Assembly: GCA_965649225.1 (NCBI GenBank)
Contig: CBFGJX010000006.1
Span: forward strand, 1 to 64,000
Reading direction: 5' to 3'
DNA: 64,000 bases
Origin: a candidate division WOR-3 bacterium
Lineage (GTDB): Bacteria; Hydrothermota; Tepidihabitantia; Tepidihabitantales; Tepidihabitantaceae
Shown here piece after piece: positions 61,803-64,000 of the stretch. Below the pieces are notes generated by a model. The model was not told the origin of the DNA. It saw only the letters and a list, made by a program, of their open reading frames with translations, and did no database searches. A program made the position numbers and the translations under genes. The number at the start of each line of letters is the position of its first letter. The stretch's first letter is position 1.

Positions 61803-62246
61803 CTAGAACGCCAGTGCGCCGATTACCAGACCAAGCACCGCCCCGAAAGTAAACAGCCCGCCGGTCACGCCCCAGGTAATCAGCTTCGCCTCGCGCCGGG
61901 CACTCGCGACCTGGCCGTAGTCAATCATCACCTCTGTCACCCGGCCCGCATTCACCCGGACCGGATAAGAACCGGCATTTATCGCCGCCAAGGTCCAGAC
62001 CGTCGAGACCTTCCGCCCGAGGCGCGACTCGCGCAGCCGCCAGTACAGCCGCTCCAGACTGTCGTTGGAAACGATGCTGACCAGATACTGCTCACCCGGC
62101 TTCAGCGGCACCATCTCCACCGGTGTCTGCCCCAGCCAGTCGCCATCCAGATAAACCGTCATGCCCGGCACATTGGACCGCACGGTCAAATAACCCGAAT
62201 CAGGCGCAAAACCTGTCAGTGCAAGAACCAGTATTCCAGTAATCAT
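61803..62246 (-). CDS. PEGA-domain membrane protein
   Basis: Signal-like N-terminus, VRSNVPG..VYLDG..LGQTP, C-terminal TM; TTGACT-17-TAGTTT-6-ATG upstream. Confidence 0.8.
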   Translation of the reverse strand: MITGILVLALTGFAPDSGYLTVRSNVPGMTVYLDGDWLGQTPVEMVPLKPGEQYLVSIVSNDSLERLYWRLRESRLGRKVSTVWTLAAINAGSYPVRVNAGRVTEVMIDYGQVASARREAKLITWGVTGGLFTFGAVLGLVIGALAF

Positions 62247-62365
62247 AGGCTAAAACTAGCCGTGCCTGTCCGCCAAGTCAACGGCGTCAGCCAGCCGGCC
62301 TCTGCCACCCGCACCCGGACCGCTGCTGTCTTGACTGCGCATTCTGCCCGACTAACTTTTCAGCC

Positions 62366-62872
62366 GTGGAACCCGCCAGCGTGCAACTGACCATTCGCCG
62401 CGCCCGGCCCGAAGACTTTGACGCCATCTGCGAACTCGCCGACATCATGGACGAACCCCAGCGCACGGCCCTGCCCGACCGGTTCCGCCGCGGCCCCGGC
62501 CCGGCCCGCAACCGCGAGCGCACCGAAGCCTTCATACGCGACGAAAACACCTTCCTCGCCATTGCCGAGGTCAACAGGACTGTCGTCGGCCTCGTCAATG
62601 CCGGTCTGGAAAAAATGCCCGACTATCCGCAGAAGCAACCGCTTACATGGGTGAAGATTCGCGGCATCGTGGTCCGGCCCGAACTGCGAAGGAAAGGCAT
62701 CGCCACCGCCCTCGTCCGCGCGGTCGAGCAGTGGGCCGCCGCCCGCGGCGCGACCGAGATTCAGGCCAACGTCTACGACTTCAACAAACCCGCGTACGCC
62801 TTCTTTTCCCACCTCGGTCTGACCCCCTTGAGCCACCGCCTCGTGCGGCGGCTGGACTCGCCACCGGAGTAG
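62366..62872 (+). CDS. GNAT family N-acetyltransferase
   Basis: IRRA...D, IVVRPELRRKGIATAL, N..A..FF..LG; TTGACT-16-TAACTT-7-GTG upstream. Confidence 0.92.
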   Translation: MEPASVQLTIRRARPEDFDAICELADIMDEPQRTALPDRFRRGPGPARNRERTEAFIRDENTFLAIAEVNRTVVGLVNAGLEKMPDYPQKQPLTWVKIRGIVVRPELRRKGIATALVRAVEQWAAARGATEIQANVYDFNKPAYAFFSHLGLTPLSHRLVRRLDSPPE

Positions 62873-63487
62873 ACCTGCTCTTGCGCCATCGAAGCTGCTT
62901 GCCTCACAACAGAACGACGCAGACTCGTGCACGCTTCAGTTGTCGTTATATGCACTTACGCCGAAGCGTGCGTGCGCTCCCCCCAACTTGGATGAGGGCA
63001 CTGTTGACAGGGCAAATGGGGACGCCAACCGTTTCGTACGTTCAAGTTCAGTCGATAGCCGACCAATCGACCACGGGTTGGCTTGGTTCGGCCCGGACGG
63101 ACCTGACAAGGAGCAGAGTCGGCCGCAGCGTACCAAGCTGCTCAGTCTAGTCGCGGGCAGATTTGGACTGTAACCCACATGCTAAAAGCCGACCGTCGCG
63201 CGAAGCCGCCTTATCTGCCGCATCTGCTTGACTTGCCGGATTGCGGGCTTTTCCGACTCCCCCGTTCCCCCCACGGCTTCGCGTGGCACTATCAGCCGGG
63301 CTTTTCGGTCGACAACTCGAAATCCCGTGACCTTGTTCGACTCAATACGCGGTGCGACAGAGGTCGCGAGTCCGACCGCCGGCCCGGCTGTTCCGACTCA
63401 TTCCCGCGCTCGGATGGTTTGCGATGACACGACGCCTTGTCGCTCTCGCAGCTTGACCCTCTCGCCCGGCCCGACGATAATCAGCCA

Positions 63488-63991
63488 ATGAACCTGCCAG
63501 TACTTGTCACCTATGCCACCCGCGGCGGCTCGACTACCGGAATCGCCGAACGGATTGCCGCCGAGCTCAAGGCACGCGGCATCGCCACCGAGGTCAAGCC
63601 GGTGAAGGAAGCCGGCGACCCGACGGGGTACCGCGCCGTTGTGCTTGGCTCGCCGGTGCGCGCCGGCCGGCTGATGCCCGAGGCGCTGAAGTTTGTCCAG
63701 CGCCATCAGGTTGCGCTTGCCCAGCGCCCGTTTGCCGCGTTTGTAGTCTGCCTGGCGATGTCCGACCCGACCGAGGCCAACTGCAAAACCGCCCTCGCAT
63801 ATCTCGACCCGGTCCGCAGCCTCGTCAAGCCCGCGGCCGAGGCCGCTTTCGCCGGCGCCTATGACCCGGCCCGGGCCGGTTTCCTCGAACGGCAGATAAT
63901 GAAGATGGTCAAGGCCCGGCCCGGCGACTTCCGCAACTGGGCGGAAATCGACGCCTGGGCCGCGAAACTGGCCGACCGGCTGGGAATCTGA
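63488..63991 (+). CDS. Flavodoxin-domain protein (HemG-like)
   Basis: VLVTYATRGGST..IAE, VVLGSP, FAG.YD, GDFRNW..I..WA; ATG 63488 fits TTGACC-17-GATAAT-6. Confidence 0.88.
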   Translation: MNLPVLVTYATRGGSTTGIAERIAAELKARGIATEVKPVKEAGDPTGYRAVVLGSPVRAGRLMPEALKFVQRHQVALAQRPFAAFVVCLAMSDPTEANCKTALAYLDPVRSLVKPAAEAAFAGAYDPARAGFLERQIMKMVKARPGDFRNWAEIDAWAAKLADRLGI

Positions 63992-64000
63992 CCGGACCGA

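Overview
A GC-rich, densely packed bacterial chromosome segment with about 55 CDS and one tRNA-Arg(CCT). I found no rRNA, CRISPR array, transposase, integrase or phage genes. Porin/beta-barrel genes, lipoproteins and two secreted proteins with T9SS-type C-terminal tails point to a diderm FCB-related lineage such as WOR-3 (inference, not a database result). In order, the window holds: a stand-alone EF-G; an envelope cluster (C-lobe-only pseudokinase-PASTA, zinc-ribbon PEGA protein, FN3/YVTN lipoprotein); a porin-rfbB-DUF4175-TPR run; a surface-polysaccharide locus (4 GT4, a GH-A hydrolase, O-antigen ligase, flippase, Wzz-like, wecB) continuing into polA and rfbA; thyX/DUF72; guaB; a Ca-type P-ATPase with SPFH/NfeD; pdxJ-secDF-pgpA-cinA-thpR; DUF4438; rfbC-ribBA-ribH-nusB-phosphoesterase; an S8 protease; and PEGA-amrS-DUF362-scpA-DUF488-nadA. 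The most notable signals are: (1) the half-kinase/zinc-ribbon envelope module; (2) a recurrent promoter pattern, TTGACN-16 bp-TAnnnT, often 5-8 nt before the start codon (leaderless) and six times with the upstream TGA stop embedded in the -35 box; (3) a candidate ~77-nt promoter-driven small RNA ending in a hairpin plus 3'-GCCA; (4) a CTG-initiated phosphoesterase. All calls come from motif reading by eye; no searches were run.
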